Assembly: GCA_012026655.1 (NCBI GenBank)
Contig: JAAILG010000205.1
Span: 62,001 to 126,000, forward strand
Direction of reading: 5' to 3'
DNA: 64,000 nucleotides
Origin: Hydrolagus affinis
Taxonomy: Eukaryota
Of this stretch, positions 49,431 to 63,642 are shown one piece after another (position 1 is the first letter of the stretch; the number at the start of each line of letters is the position of its first letter). Made by a program: the position numbers and the translations under genes. A model generated the notes under the pieces. It was not told the DNA's origin and searched no databases. It was given only the letters and a program-made list of their open reading frames with translations.

Positions 49431-52400
49431 ACTTTTGATGTGTTTCCCTGCAAATATTACATACAGGAGTACAGGTAGTTGATGTTTCATAGAGAAATTG
49501 TAGAGCTGGTAGTTTTGGCGTTTTCTAGAAACTGTTGTAATTGTATTTGTCAGTGAATGCAGCAGTCGATTTGCACAAAGCAATGTCCCACAAACTGTCA
49601 CGAATCGATAAACCATTTATGGCTAGAATACTATGAGAAACACTATTTTCAAATAGTTAAGATTGTAAGACACATTTCCAAAATGTTCTTTTTCCAGGTC
49701 TAAGTTCCTTTATTTGTAGCAATGTATTTATTTTGTCCCATTTGTAAAGGGCATGCAGTGAGGTGAATTTGCAGTAAAAAGCAGAAGTTGCAATTTACGC
49801 TCAGTATTCTGAAGAGTTGGCTTGATGATGGGCATATCTCTTTGCCAAGGTACCTCAGCCAACATCCTGGATAAGCACTTGCTATTGGGTAAACCTGGTA
49901 CTGGACATCGAGGTGGTTAGCAAATCACAACTATTATGATCCTGCACCACACTGAAGGCATTTGTCTGTGGATAAGTAAAGGTCAACAGAATGAGGGAGC
50001 AGAATTACCATAACCGGATTATGTAAGTTATTAATAACCATTTATATCGTTGTTAATTCACAGTTGTCAAGTAAATATCAAGAGCATGAATTCTACTCTC
50101 ATCCAGACAGAAATAGCAACAGGTTCATATCTCAAATTCCCATATTGCTGAAGTCCTGATATGAGCAGTGTTTTAACAGGGAAGCAGAGATCACACACCA
50201 TTGTTCACAGGTGCATAATATCACACATGCAGGTAAATTTATGTCTGAAAGAAAGTAAATGATAAATTATAAAAAATGTCAGATAATTTGTATGCAGCAA
50301 GAGGGAAAATAAAGGTTGAAACATACTGAGATAACCACCCCCACCACCCTCAGGCTTCATTGTGTACTGACACTAATCCAGCTCATAATTCTTTGGATTT
50401 TGCTCCAGTGGTGGCTCATTAATTTTTTTTTGTGTGCCAACCCTTCGGTCATTTGAAGCCCCATGGCTTCCCTTTCATCATTTTTGACCCCAGCTGTATG
50501 AAACAAACAGTCATTGGCTGCCGCATTTCGCCCACAAATATACAGTCAATTCACTTTACAATATACAGTATGAAGCGCTTTGAGATATCTAGAAGATGTG
50601 AAAAGTACTATATTAAAATGCAAGGATTATTATTATTATTTGCCTTTTAACACCGAGGGCAGTGATACTGTTTGAGGATAAGAAATGCCATTTTTAATAA
50701 TGTCATGTATAAACTACCATAATAAACATATCCCAAATGGACACAATTTGGCAGGATCCCTTATTCCTTGAGAATAAATTACCACAAGCTAATTTTTATT
50801 TTTATAATCCAATGGTTATTTTATTTTTAAAATAAAAATAAACTAAAACGAGGGATTATGTAAATATCAAACTTGTATTTGTTATAGCATCTTCAATCTC
50901 AAAATCACTTCACAGATAATTATTACACTGATCCGTACTGACTGTGTAATTCAGGGTACACATTTGCCAGCTAATTGTATGCAAAGTCCCACAAACAGCT
51001 ACAAAGTGAATGACAAATTTATCTGGAGATTTGCAGGAGAAATGCTTTTCTCTTTTCAAACAACATGTTGAGATCTTTAACTTCTACCTGAAGAAAAGAT
51101 GGATGGGATCTCAGTTTAACATTTCATCTAAAGTGCAGACCCTCGAAAAATGCAGTGTACTTCACCAGTATTCCTAATTTCGGTCTTGAACTCACAACCT
51201 CTTTAAATTAAGATAAGACATGGACGTGAATTTGACATTAGCTGAAGTGAAAGATGTAAAGGCTCCTGCTGGATGTGATCCTGAAATAGCAGAACAGAGG
51301 GGATTGGTATTCTGGAAGGATGAGATCAAATGGGTTGGACAGCCTTCTTTATCCGAACTTCAATTGAACTTGTGATTACCCTTGATTAGATTACAAAATG
51401 TAGTTACTTACAATAACTCAAGAGTTTTCTAAGAACCCGATAGCCAGTTATAGCAGTTAGCAGTTTGGCAAACTGCTGGCTTTACAGTAACAGGTTTCTA
51501 CACTGATCCAATATAGACATTTTATTTTTCAAAAGTCTTAATATTCTGTAGAAAGATTTTTCAGTTTTTTATTAAGTCTGCTGCAGATATATAGGAAAAC
51601 AGCTAATTATACTTCAAATATCCTGCTTATCAAGCAGAAATGGCAATAATATCACAAGCTTGAAAGGCTTAAATGCTTTCAAGCAAAGTAAAGGCATGAG
51701 CTGTTGTTCCAGCTCAAATTCTAACTTTGAGTCACTATTAACTGAACACAACCACTTACCTAATATTGCGGTCTGGTTTCTCTGTGGGAGGGGCTTGAAC
51801 ACCACATGGATTTTATGTCGAAAGCCAGAGCACTTAATGTAATTACAGTATTACAGTTAACCGCGCAGCTTCTGTCTGCCTAAAGTTCATTTCATTCTAA
51901 TTGTTGTAATCAGACCTATTTTCAGCTTGTTTACTTTCCATTATGTTAATTTATATTAAAAACAAAATCACTCATTCATAATTCAGCGAATTGTGACAAC
52001 AGGAAGAAAATATTGTATTTCTACTACAGTAAGAATCAATCTGAGAGATTTGAGCTGTCTTAATGCACTTATTGATGGGCAAATCTTCCCAGACAAATTT
52101 GTCCAGAACTGCGCAAGCCCCAAGAATTACCTGAATTCTGGTTGGTGAGGGAATTGTAAATACAACAACAATAACTTCGATTTATATAGTACCCTCCGGC
52201 ATCTCGGAACACTTAAATGTGCTATCACCGCTTCGCTCGCCCTCTTCAAGGTCCATCTCAATTTTTGATGCATAAGTTTGCACAAAATGAGCCATGAGAT
52301 AAATTAACGGGGGAATTGATCTACATTCATATCATGTTCATGAACATAAAAAACAACAACTTGCATTTATATAGACCCCTTGACACTGGATAGCCTTAAG

Positions 52401-53111
52401 TAGGTAATGTGGATGACATACCAAAATATACAAATGAAACAGTTGCTCCTTTAAAAAAATTCTCAATATCATTCTTAAGATGAGATCTTTGTTAGAATAT
52501 CAATTATTTATATGTTCAAACTTTAGATTTTACACATAAAAGCATAAAGATTTATAGGAAATCATATTGGCTAGAAAATTGCCTACGTTTCAAGCGAAAA
52601 CATACAATATAATTCACATTTAAATAGTTCATTTCACATCGGGAGGAGGTCTCACAGCACTTTACATAGCTGGCTGGACACCCATATGGGGTGAAAGGGA
52701 ATGTTTGGTGAGGTAGTGGGGGTTGGGGGGACAGAAGGGGCGAGAGGTAACTGAACGTGTGGTTAAAAAGAGATCTCTAGAATTGTGCAAAAATTCAGTC
52801 AGGATTCTTTAATACTTATCTTGAATTGCAGGTGATAGTTTATAGGTTTGATCATAAATAGTGGAGGCGGCCAATGAGTCTGCATGAGTTGACGGATCAA
52901 AGCGCTATTCAATGAAACCGGTAAGTGCAGGATTAATGGAAGTAATGGAAGTGGAGTGGCATTATGAGTTACGAGGTGATTAATATGAGCTGTACAAAGA
53001 AATCTAATTGGTTTTGATACTTTACAGATAATTGCCTACTAATGAATGAGGTAAACAAATCCATTACAGTGTACCATGCAAATTGATTGAAGTTGGTAAA
53101 ATGACTACTTC

Positions 53112-53416
53112 ATAATAATCCTCGCATTTGATATTGCACTTTTCACATCTTCTAGACATCTCAAAGCCCTTCACAGAATACACTGGAAAGTAAAATGACT
53201 GTGTATTTGTGGGTGAAATGCGGCAGCCAACTGCGCACAGCAGTGTTCCACAAACAGTCGTGGATTGAAATAATCAATCAATTTATTATGATTTTATTTT
53301 TGAGGCATTATTATCAGGCGTGTAAAGAAACTTGCCCAAGGTTTTGTCCTGCCTTGAATCGAACCCAGGTCTCTCATTTGCAAGGCAAGTGCTCTAACCA
53401 CTGAGCTACAGGACTC
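53112..53416 (-). mobile_element. Full-length tRNA-derived SINE, short subfamily
   Basis: The minus strand reads gagtcctgtagctcagtggttagagcacttgccttgcaaatgagagacctgggttcgattc...tail. Confidence 0.9.
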
Positions 53417-56400
53417 CAAGACAAAGCATGGCTCATAAAGTTAATATTGATTCTGTTCAGACATTCTCAAGAAAAGAAACAGAACATACACAATGTAAAA
53501 TACCTGATGTTGATCCAATTCTAAGTTGTGAAATTCCTGCAGGATAAAGCATTTCCATAATTTCTACTATTTCCTGGAGTAAACATTTTGATCCATTTAA
53601 ATTAAAATAGCATTGCTATCCTGCATGTTTACAATGATTAAAATAGAGATATGTATTTATTTGTCAGTTCCATTGAAAGCAACAGCTCACATAGCAACAG
53701 GTATTAAATCTGTTACTGTAACACTTTATAAAAAGTCAAAACAGTATATTAACTCTGAGACTGAGCATCTTGACCCATGTATCCAGGTTCTAAACTATCC
53801 TGAATATTTTCGCAAAACATGATACGACTTTTAGATAAAGGTCAGCTCAATAGATAAAATGTTTTAAGTGTTGAATTCTCAACAAGTTACTTAGACAGAC
53901 TGGCATTGACACTTGCATCCAGATACTGATTTCCCTCATGTTCAGATCCACATATCTGGAAAAGGGTCTGGTGGGAGAATGGGAAATGGATAAAATACTT
54001 CTCTTAGGGTTTATCTCCTTGCAAGTCAGTCAAGCAAGGAATGTACCTGCTCGGTTACTCCAGAGGTAAGGTCTGCCAACCCCATCTCAAGTGGATATGT
54101 GAATATATGAGGAGAATAAGGGGTAAAATTCTACAACAAATAGTTGTTTCTAGTTTTGTATGTTTGCCTTTATCATTTTATTTATACATAAACAAACTGT
54201 ATATGTGATCCTTGCCATACAGGTGAGTAAGGGAAATAGACATGTTGTTTTGTTGGACATCATACTTCCTTTATAAGACATGCCGTACTCAAAAGCTTCA
54301 GAAGTATTCTCCCCGTTGTTGTGGAGATGAGATTTGTTTTAGTTCCATGGAAACAGAACATTGCAGGTTTCCTGCAAAGTAGATTGCATGGCTTACTCTT
54401 TAATTTGCCAATTATCTCCTCCCTTTCTCTGTGAATGTACTGATTCTTGCACAGCACCACTGGTGTTGGCAGCCACATGTCCATTCATTGTGGGTGAACC
54501 TTTGCAAGTAAATATTGGCTGGCTTTTCACTGTGAAGAATATCACACCCAAACTCTTATTTATTTTCTCCTAAAGAGTTCCTCCGAGGATAAAAATCTCT
54601 ATTGATGACTAAGGCATGGCAGGCTACCCATTTCCAGATCCCTGCTAAAATCATTCTTGGCCAACCACATAGAAATCGACAAGTGCGAAGTCTCGGCAGC
54701 TGATTTTCTTGCTCTTCTTTCCATGGAGGTTTCCAGCATGAGGCTGAGTTTAGCAACTGAGTGCAGTGACATCAAATCAGCTTCACTACAGCGGGGGTAA
54801 ACATGAGTCAACAACAACAAATTACATGTAATAGCACCTTTCACATCAGGATGATTCATGAGAAAAGAAAGAGGACAAAGAGAAGCAGAGAGAAGAAATT
54901 CCTAAGGAAGGCAGACTTGCCTCCTGAACCCTGGGAGCAGCCTCACAGATGTTTATCTCCTGCTGTTATTTTCATCTCTAATATAATTTTGCTTTAAGAT
55001 GAAACAAAATCAAAATGTAAATGTTAAACTATGGACTACGTGTGCATGTACATGGTGCAGAACCAATCATGATTGATACACTTATGGTCCGACTAGAGCA
55101 CCGTATAGCCGAGCATCACTTCTGGGAATCTATACTCAACTGATTTGTGAATATAGTTCAGCATCTTGTTTGCCTTGTTTATTGTATTGCTGCCTCACAC
55201 TAACACACGAGATGTCATACAACTTCCCTCTTGGTAAGGGCACGATCAGCAGTACAAAGCTTAAGCACGATTACTGAGGAACTTTACTCAACTGATTGAC
55301 TCTACGCCTCCCTGAAGATTGAGAAATCTTCTCCTTATCCTCTCTGTGATGTTACACATTGCAGCTACAAAACATTTGGTAACCTAGATGAACATATTTA
55401 GCACCACTATGAACTTCACTCTTCCTGATTGGAGTCACAAAGAAATGAACAACCACAATGCTTCAGTCAGTTCTAAATAAAGCACTTCAAAATACATTGA
55501 TGTGTGAAGTTATGTGAGATAAATCCCATGACATGATTCATTATCCTTAATAACTTAATTGACTCCTGACACATCAAAAAAAAACTTTTCAGTTGTGCAC
55601 CTTTTATTCAAAGATGATATCGATTTAACTTTGTACTGAACTGGTATTGCTACCAGTGCTGGAGCCTCCGACACAGAGTGAATATAAACATGGTACCAAT
55701 GAAATTCATAAGTCATCGAATTCATATTGTGAAGAGAGTGATGGAATATACCGCCTATAAAACATGTTTTGGTGCATTTTTAAAATGTCTGAATAAGCTA
55801 AATTGCTGGAAATGCAGCTACACTGACAGGCTGTGTCCGTTTTAAAAAAGCTAAAATGTTACATCTTTGGAGTAGGAGAAAATGGGGAAAGCTACAACAG
55901 CATATTTATTTGCATTACAAGATGATTCTTCCTCTGTTGTAATCATTTGCACCTTTCTCCATGTAGTGCTGTAATGCTAATTAAAAGTTTTAAACCATTG
56001 TTACCTACTAAAGTACAGTACTGTACTACAAAAATGTCTAAAAATGTCCAGTTTGCCAATCAATATGTTGCAACATAAATAATGCGAATTATTAATAATT
56101 CTGGGTTGAATGCCTGAAATCTGAGATATTAAATCTGAGATATTAATTTAGCAGCAAAAAGATCCCAACTTGTTGCATTTTACAGAGAGATAGGATCACA
56201 CTGAGCGCTCTGCAGTTCTGAGGCACATTTAAAAATATCTACTCGTTCCAGCTGTACATTACATGAAATCACATGAAGCATTTCCCAGGCACAAAGACAG
56301 ATCATAAAATTATTTTTAACTCTAGAGCTTACTCTTCTGTACTTGTCAGAGCACAAGGCGATTACTCTTCAAATAAAGACTGATACAAATGTTAAAATAT

Positions 56401-56904
56401 AAAGAATCTCTCCGTTAAAATTTTAAAGTTTTCTAATGTAGATAATTATAACTAATTGGTCTTGCCTTTGACAAAACTATCATTTATTTAAACACACCGA
56501 GTGTTGATGAGATCATCAAGCACAAAGGCTGGAGGCAAACAGCATTTAGGAGCTGAATTAATATCAGTTTAGACTATAGACAGCTACTGGGTAGAAACAT
56601 TTACTGTGCTAGAAAATACGAAGCAAGCTCAATTAAGTTCATTAAAAATACAATTATTAACATGGATACTGAGCAATTATCTGTATTGAATTTCAATCAT
56701 CAGCCCATGTGTATATTCTATTAATTTCTCTTTGTACGACTGAGTATGTGAACCCAAAACATTCCCAAACAAGGAACAGAAGATGTCCCTGGTCAGACTT
56801 CTCTGGTAACCCACAAAATACCTTAACCCTATTTTGATGTAGCTCCACTAACAATTACTCTCTTCTTCCTTCCCTTGAAGCCAATTTCAAGATCAATGTC
56901 TTTA

Positions 56905-57345
56905 CTCTGATACTCCAGTCCCATCACACCAGTCTTTGCTAGGCTCCACTGGCTTCCAATTACCGAACAAATCAATTTCAAGATCTTCTCACTCGTTTTA
57001 AAAACCTCTTCATGCGCTCACATCTTCCTACCAATACGATTTGCTTACCTCTGACTCCACCATCAGCTGTCACCGCTCGACTGACACTTATTTATTACTG
57101 TTTGTTCCTTGTCCCCTCTGTTCACCATCGGTGGCCATTCCTTCAACCACTACATCCCGAAACTTTGGGACTCAGCCTCAATCCATCCACATTGCTCCCT
57201 CCCCACTTTGAAGTCCTACCCAAAGACCTTCGTTTTTGATTGTACGTATGGTCACACATACCTCCTCTACTTCCCTGACTCGAGGTCAGACTCAGCCACA
57301 GTCCTTCCGACGTGAAAGGAGTTATACAAATGTAATTTTGTATTG
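56905..57345 (+). mobile_element. L2 LINE 3' fragment
   Basis: Encodes ITPVFARLHWLPITEQINFKIFSLVLK...IGGHSFNHYIPKLWDS, followed by the tail. Confidence 0.85.
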
Positions 57346-57519
57346 TATTTGTACTATTTCATCTAACAACCAGCATCACGAGAGAAGTCATAATAATCCT
57401 TGCATTTTATATACCACCTTATCATAGTATCAAATGTCTCAAAAGGTTTCCTAGGATTTTATAGTAAAAGTCAGCTTACTATAAAATCTTACTGAATATT
57501 TGTAGATATATAGCATATC

Positions 57520-57960
57520 AAAAACAACAACATTGCATTTGTTTAGCGCTTTTCGCGTGGGAGACATCCTGAGGCGCTGGACAGATGGCATTAGAGACAC
57601 GAGATGGGGGTAGAAACTGGGGAGGGTGGAGGGCAGGGGGGTAGGGAGATTGAGCAAAAGCCTGGTGAAAGTGGAGGGCCTTGAGGTGGTTCCTGAAGGG
57701 GGCGAAGAGTGGGGCAAGGAGGAGGGACTGTGGGATGGAGTGCTCGATCAAGGGGGCCGAATGGCTAAGGCCCGCCCGCCAATGAGGTGGTTGAGGCGGG
57801 GACATGAAGCAGGGAGCAGGCAGGATGGTAGGGAGTTAATAGGTCCCAGAAGTATAGGGAAGTGAGGCCGTGGAGGACTTTGAAGATGAGGACCGGGATC
57901 TTGAACTGTATCCTCTGTGTGATGGAAGACAGTGGAGTAGGGCGAGGGTGGAGGTGATAT
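57520..57960 (-). mobile_element. L2 LINE 3' fragment, tail-to-tail with the previous one
   Basis: The reverse tail is aacaacaacattgcatttgtttagcgcttttcgcgtgggagacatcc. It encodes IGGRAL and HSIPQSL. Confidence 0.85.
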
Positions 57961-58889
57961 GGTAATTAATATATGTTCTGAATTCAAACCCTATTTAACA
58001 ACGCGCCACTGAAAGACATTCAATTTAAAAATCTGCAGAAAATAACACCCCATTTATCTTGATTCTTGGATCTTAAAATATACTGCTCAATTAAAATAAT
58101 CTACATCCTCCACAGTATAGCATTATATCACAGCCAAAATAGGCAAGTCAAAATAACATGTGCAAATTCTGTCTTTTCATAAGGAATGGCAAGATATTTT
58201 ACCATAATACTGAAGATTCAAAGGTATGATTGACAACGATTAATGAAATAATTGCATCACTATTTTGCCTCATGCTGCAGATTAAAGGGGAACAAACCTC
58301 TGAGGGTGGAAATACACTTAATCCAATTATTTTTTAAAAAAAATAAACTGTCTCAAATATGTTTATCCTTAAGGAAACGTCCTTTGTCTGGCAAGTAAAA
58401 GTGGGACCACATAGAGAGCTGCCAAGTAAAATCTTCCAGCTGGAAAAAAAATCTTCAGATAACAGTGAGCTAATCTGCCTCTGGCTGACTCAATACATTG
58501 AAGTGGAATCTGTACTCTTCCCACTTAAATGTTTTAGTTTTTCTTGAAAATCAAAATACGCACGCCTGATATGAAGAATACAAATCTCAATTTGGCTCAA
58601 TCAAAGTGGGTGGAAGATGAAGAGATTGGTACTTTTTTTTGATGAAGAGAACTAAACTTTCAAGTCTCTACCTATTACTTGCAAAACACATGTCATATGG
58701 AGGTACTCATATTCAACAATGTTTTCTTCAATTCTCAAAGGAGCCAGGTGAGGATAGAATGAGAGTGATAGATATGTGGAGCCTCATATGGGAGAGGACA
58801 CGACTTTCAGAGTTCTGAATGGTATGCAGCTTGTCGAAGAAAGAAATAGGAAATCTAACAAGCTCGGATGTGATAGCATAACTTCCTAT

Positions 58890-58927
<38 letters not shown>

Positions 58928-58932
58928 TCTAT
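58890..58932. repeat. Compound microsatellite (TCTG)n(TCTA)n
   Basis: gtctgtctgtctgtctgtctatctatctatctatctatctat. Confidence 0.95.
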
Positions 58933-59399
58933 GGATTTTGGTTAATCTCTGTTTGATCAGTGAATGGTTTCTCAGCCAGATAGCAGGAAGCAACTGAATC
59001 AACATTAGGAAAGATACAGTCATTAAAGGTGCTCCATCGTTACTGCAAAGTGTTGTGCAAACATTGTCTTGTTTTCCTTGTTAACCTCTGCTGTGGATGA
59101 TACAAGGCTCATCTTTATGTTGCTTCCACTTGTTGAAAATGATAACTACGTGTTTTCTCTTGCTGTTCTAAAGATAGTTCTTTAATACAGAGTGCTGATC
59201 CGGAAGAGTTACTGAACCCTATATTGCAAGGCAGCCAGGTTGACAAGCATTGCTGAATTCAGATACCCAGAAGCTGCACTTCGAATACTGTTTACAGTTC
59301 TGATTGCTGTGACATAAGGGAGCTGCCCATTCCCTGGAGGCAACTGAGAGCAATGAGCATCATCCCCAATATAAGAGGAATGAGCTATGAGCATTGATT

Positions 59400-59650
59400 A
59401 GTCATGGCAAAGCTCATCAGTCTTGAAATGAGACACAGCAGAGGGGACCTCATAGAGATATATAAGATTTTAAATAGAATTGAAAATGTAACCCAGAAAA
59501 AAACCTTAGAATGCACCAGGACAATCAAGAGGACACAGGTTTAGGATTGTAAAGGACAATTTCAGAACAGATACCAGGAAGTTTTATTTACTCAGAGGGC
59601 AATTAACAAGTTGAACAGGTTACCAGGAAGGGTATTTGAGCCAGGACTTT
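59400..59650 (+). mobile_element. Degenerate CR1 3' fragment
   Basis: agaggggacctcatagagatatataagatttta...ggaagttttatttactcagagggcaattaacaagttgaacaggttacc. Confidence 0.65.
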
Positions 59651-61278
59651 GGAATCCGATAATGACACTGGAATGCGCCTTCCACAGTGCAATGCCCCCT
59701 ATTGTCGGTGTCAGCTTGAACCATGTTCTTAAAAGATATATATTTTGGTCACTCAATGCATGATTATTTTGTGGGACACTGCTGTGCGCGACTGGCTACC
59801 ACACTGCTGTGCACTACTGGCTACCACTTTTGAGATAGCTCAACAATATGATAAGACAAATCGTTGCATTTGATTTGGCACCTTATTACGCTGTTGAGCC
59901 ATCTCAGAGCGCTTCACACTCTGCACAGGATAGACTGTAAATTGGATTGCCTGTGTATTTTGTGGGCAAAATGAAATAGGCAGTTGCACACACAGAAGTG
60001 TCCACAAACAGCCAGTGAGTGAATAACCAACTTCATTTGGAGGATTGTTGGCCAGGAGAAACTCCCTTCTCTTTTCACCATGGAATCTTTAATGTCTATT
60101 TGAAGAGGGCCGGACCTCGGTTTAATATCTCATCCAAAAGACAGCATCTCTAATAATTCAGCACACTGAGGGACTCTCCTCTCTAAGTTTTAACCTTGTG
60201 GGTTTACGTCCCACATCGGAACATTTGGTTCATTGTCTAGGCTGATTTCATTGTCAGAAGTGCCATCCTTTGTGATTACACGCCAAAAGGCCTCCCTGTT
60301 CAGATCAACATTAAAAATCCAGTGGGATTATTCTTTACTGTTTGTGAGACGTTGCTATGTGCAACTGGCTACCCTGTTTGCCTATAGTTTCAGTTGCAGT
60401 CGTTAACTTCACAGAAACTGCTTTAGGGCATTATCGCCTTCATATCAAATAAAAGGATTGTTGTTGTCAACAATTCACAGACAAACCATTTTCCATTTCT
60501 CTAAACCCTAATGTTTGTAAAAATCTGGATCAGATAGCAAATTGTAAAGTATGTCTTCCAGATGTGTAAGACGCAATATAAATGTCAATTGCTTTGTATT
60601 GTATCATGACGGAACAGGAAAGTGTCATATCATCAGTTTATAAAAAGCATGTTCCAAATAATTAATTAGATTTTATCTTCAGTCGTTACCTACACAGCTT
60701 CTCTGCATAACAGAATCAATTACAAACCGCCTCAAGATAAGTCAGAAGGCAATAGAATCATCAATGGGCATAGCAAATGAAAAACGGGAAGTTTGTAGTT
60801 TGACAATAATTCTTAGTGACAGCAACATGATCTGATCAGAAGTAAGAATCCATTCCAATGCCCTGGATGGTTGCTAAAAATATCTCACGATGTTTCCAAC
60901 ATAGAAGCAAATTGTGCCAAAGAAACAAAATAAACAGTGGGACTTTGGTTGTAACCCTAAACAATATATTTGAGTAGGTGAACAGAAAAAACAGAACAAA
61001 TTCGATAATTGATTGAAAACAATCCGTCGAGGTATAAGTAGTTGATTACAATTAGAAACGTAAAGCATATCTCCAGTTTTTCTCCAAAACATTATAGAGA
61101 TAGTTCCTTTACTCTTAGCCACAGTGGGTTCAATTGCTAAGGTCAAGTTTGAAGCAATAATAACAATAATAATCCTTGCAGTTGACATAGCATGTGATCA
61201 CATAGTCTCAAAATGAACATAAGAGCATTGAGAATTGCTAGTTGAACAAAGACCATGATCCATGTCTCAAACTATGTA

Positions 61279-62194
61279 CAGTAGAAGCCCGTTTATCCAG
61301 CACCCTCAGAACCTAGCCAGTGCCAGTTAAAGCGCCTGCCGGATATTCGGCAGAAAACCCGACACAAAAAAAATTATTAATTTTGTTTTAATTACATTTT
61401 TTAAAACATGGCATATTAATAGTAGACTAAATAATCATTTATGTGATAATATATAAATAATAATTATAATCATTTTACACACAGCGACCAGGCAGTTCAG
61501 AGAGATCTTTAAACTAGTGCAAAAGTTACACGTCTGATTGACACTGTTCTAATTGGGGGCAGGAAAGGAAAGCAAACGTGTTATTGAGAAAGCTGCCGCC
61601 GCTGTCACTCTTCAGTTAACTTTCCTTCCAAATGATCCAAGGATCGGCATTGAAAGCAAACGTTTCATTTCACGTTTAATGTTAGATTTGTTTTTAACAT
61701 CAGACTGGGGTAAGGGGAGGCACTGAGTGTGTTTCTGATGTACAATGCAGCTTCCCAAGCTTAAAGGTATTTGTAAAATAAACCAGACTTGATAGGTGTT
61801 GCTGGAGTTTGTGTTTTTTTAATTAATTTATTACATTTATTCAAATAAAAGCTAAAGCTATGATATGCATTGATATGCAAGCTTTGCTTGTGTGTGTGTG
61901 TTTTGCTGCTTTGTAGCTAAATTAATGAACTCTCCCTCGATCTCCCTCCTCTCTCAAACCCAGAAAGTGTATCTCTGTACACTCTGCAGAATGATGTAGC
62001 GGCAGCATTCTGAGCTAGTGCCACCATCAGGCACCTAGTAGCAGCATTCCAAAATACTGACGCAACAAAAAACACCAAAAAAACGCATTTTTCTGGATAA
62101 ATTCCGGTTTATCGAATGTGAACCTTTTTTTTTTACGGTGCCAGTTATACGGAAGTTTACAGTTGATCGGTCACGGATAAACGGGCTTCTACTG
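61279..62194. mobile_element. Longer Tc1/mariner (Tigger-like) non-autonomous element, same family as 40644-40857 in opposite orientation
   Basis: The TIRs are CAGTAGAAGCCCGTTTATCC / GGATAAACGGGCTTCTACTG (20 bp, perfect). The left TA is present; the right flank is GG. Confidence 0.88.
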
Positions 62195-63469
62195 GGATTT
62201 TTACATTTGTTTACTTGTAGATGAATATAACAGCCAACTTGCGCACAACAAGCAGCAATGAAGCAAATGACTAATATATCTGGAAGATTGCTAGCCAGGA
62301 CACTAGGAAAATCTCTCTTTCATATAGTGCCATGGATCTTTTGTGTCCACCTGAATAAGCAATCAGGACCTTAATTTAATATTTAATTCAAAAGATAGCT
62401 CCTTCAGCAAAGCTGCCCTCCTCTACTTGTGTGTCAGTCTAGACTACAAGCAAAGAAACAAATCAAGTCAGTGAAAATCGTAACTACATCTCATCCAAAG
62501 GACAGCTCTTTCAACAATGCAGTACACCTTAGCACTACATTGAAGCATCAGTTTAGACATTATGAGTTCCAATGTGGGACTTGACCTCACAACTCTCTAA
62601 GTGGTACCAAATGCACCAGGCTGACACACATTCACTACACTTCACAGTAAGGCGCATTAGGGGCTGCAACCATGAAAGTCACTCTGAAACATAAGAGTTC
62701 AGCAATCAGTCAGTCACACCTGTTTGTTTGAGCTTCACTTTCCCCCCCCCACTCTTTCACCATCTTCACCACCTGAAGATTATTTTGTTTTCAACCGAGC
62801 CTACTGTCACATCCTCTTTCTCCCTGCTCTATGCTAACCTATTGCTAAACTAAGACCCTACCCCACGAGAAACGTGCTAAACGGCTGCAAATTATTCTTA
62901 TTGTTGAACAGTGACTCTTCCTGAACATTGTGGATTTGTGGACACTGCATGAGGTCAGGTCAGGCTTGGCCCTATTGCCTCTTTGGCTACATTGCTGCTG
63001 ATGCTCATCATCTAAAATCATAAACATGAACAGTAGCTATTAGTTGAACAATTGAAGGACGGTGGCACATGAAAGTATTCCACAACACAAATAAGTGCCT
63101 TCCTTACAGTAAGGACGGGAGGAAAATTAATGAAACTGTAGAAAATGTGCATCCCCATTGCCAACCCCCATCCCCTACCCTACCACCATGCTTCCAAGTC
63201 ACTCCATGCCAGTCTCTCTCAATCAGCCAGCACCCACAGATATCGTGCACGAGCGTGTGTGCCCAACCTGTGCCAAGTGCCTGCACCAGTCACAGGATAG
63301 GACAAGAAGCCACAAACCCTCAAATAGACCAGAGGTCTCTGTGATGCATCTGACATACAGCCCGACCTCCGTTGAGCTCCTCACCAGTCACAGGATAGGG
63401 CAGGAAGCTTCTGCCATGCAATACACCATCTTATAGGTCAAGTTATCTGAGCAATGTTACATTTACCAA

Positions 63470-63642
63470 AAAAGTTTAAGAATTGGTCACCCATGAGTGT
63501 TTGTGCAACACTGCTGTGTGCAATTGGCTGCCGTGTTTCACCCACAAACACAGTCAATTCACTTCACAGTATATTCTGTGAAGTGCTTTGAGGCACCTTG
63601 AAGACATGATAAGGCGCTATATCAAATCTAAGGATTATTATT
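63470..63642 (+). mobile_element. SINE 3' half
   Basis: Core ctgctgtgtgcaattggctgccgtgtttcacccacaaa and tail. Further fragments lie at ~22600-22690, 25455-25562, 30600-30680, 50510-50640 and 57390-57450. Confidence 0.85.

Noticed and set aside
59776-59827. 25-bp tandem duplication (acactgctgtgc...actggctacc)
   Set aside because: It is a local slippage inside a decayed SINE core.
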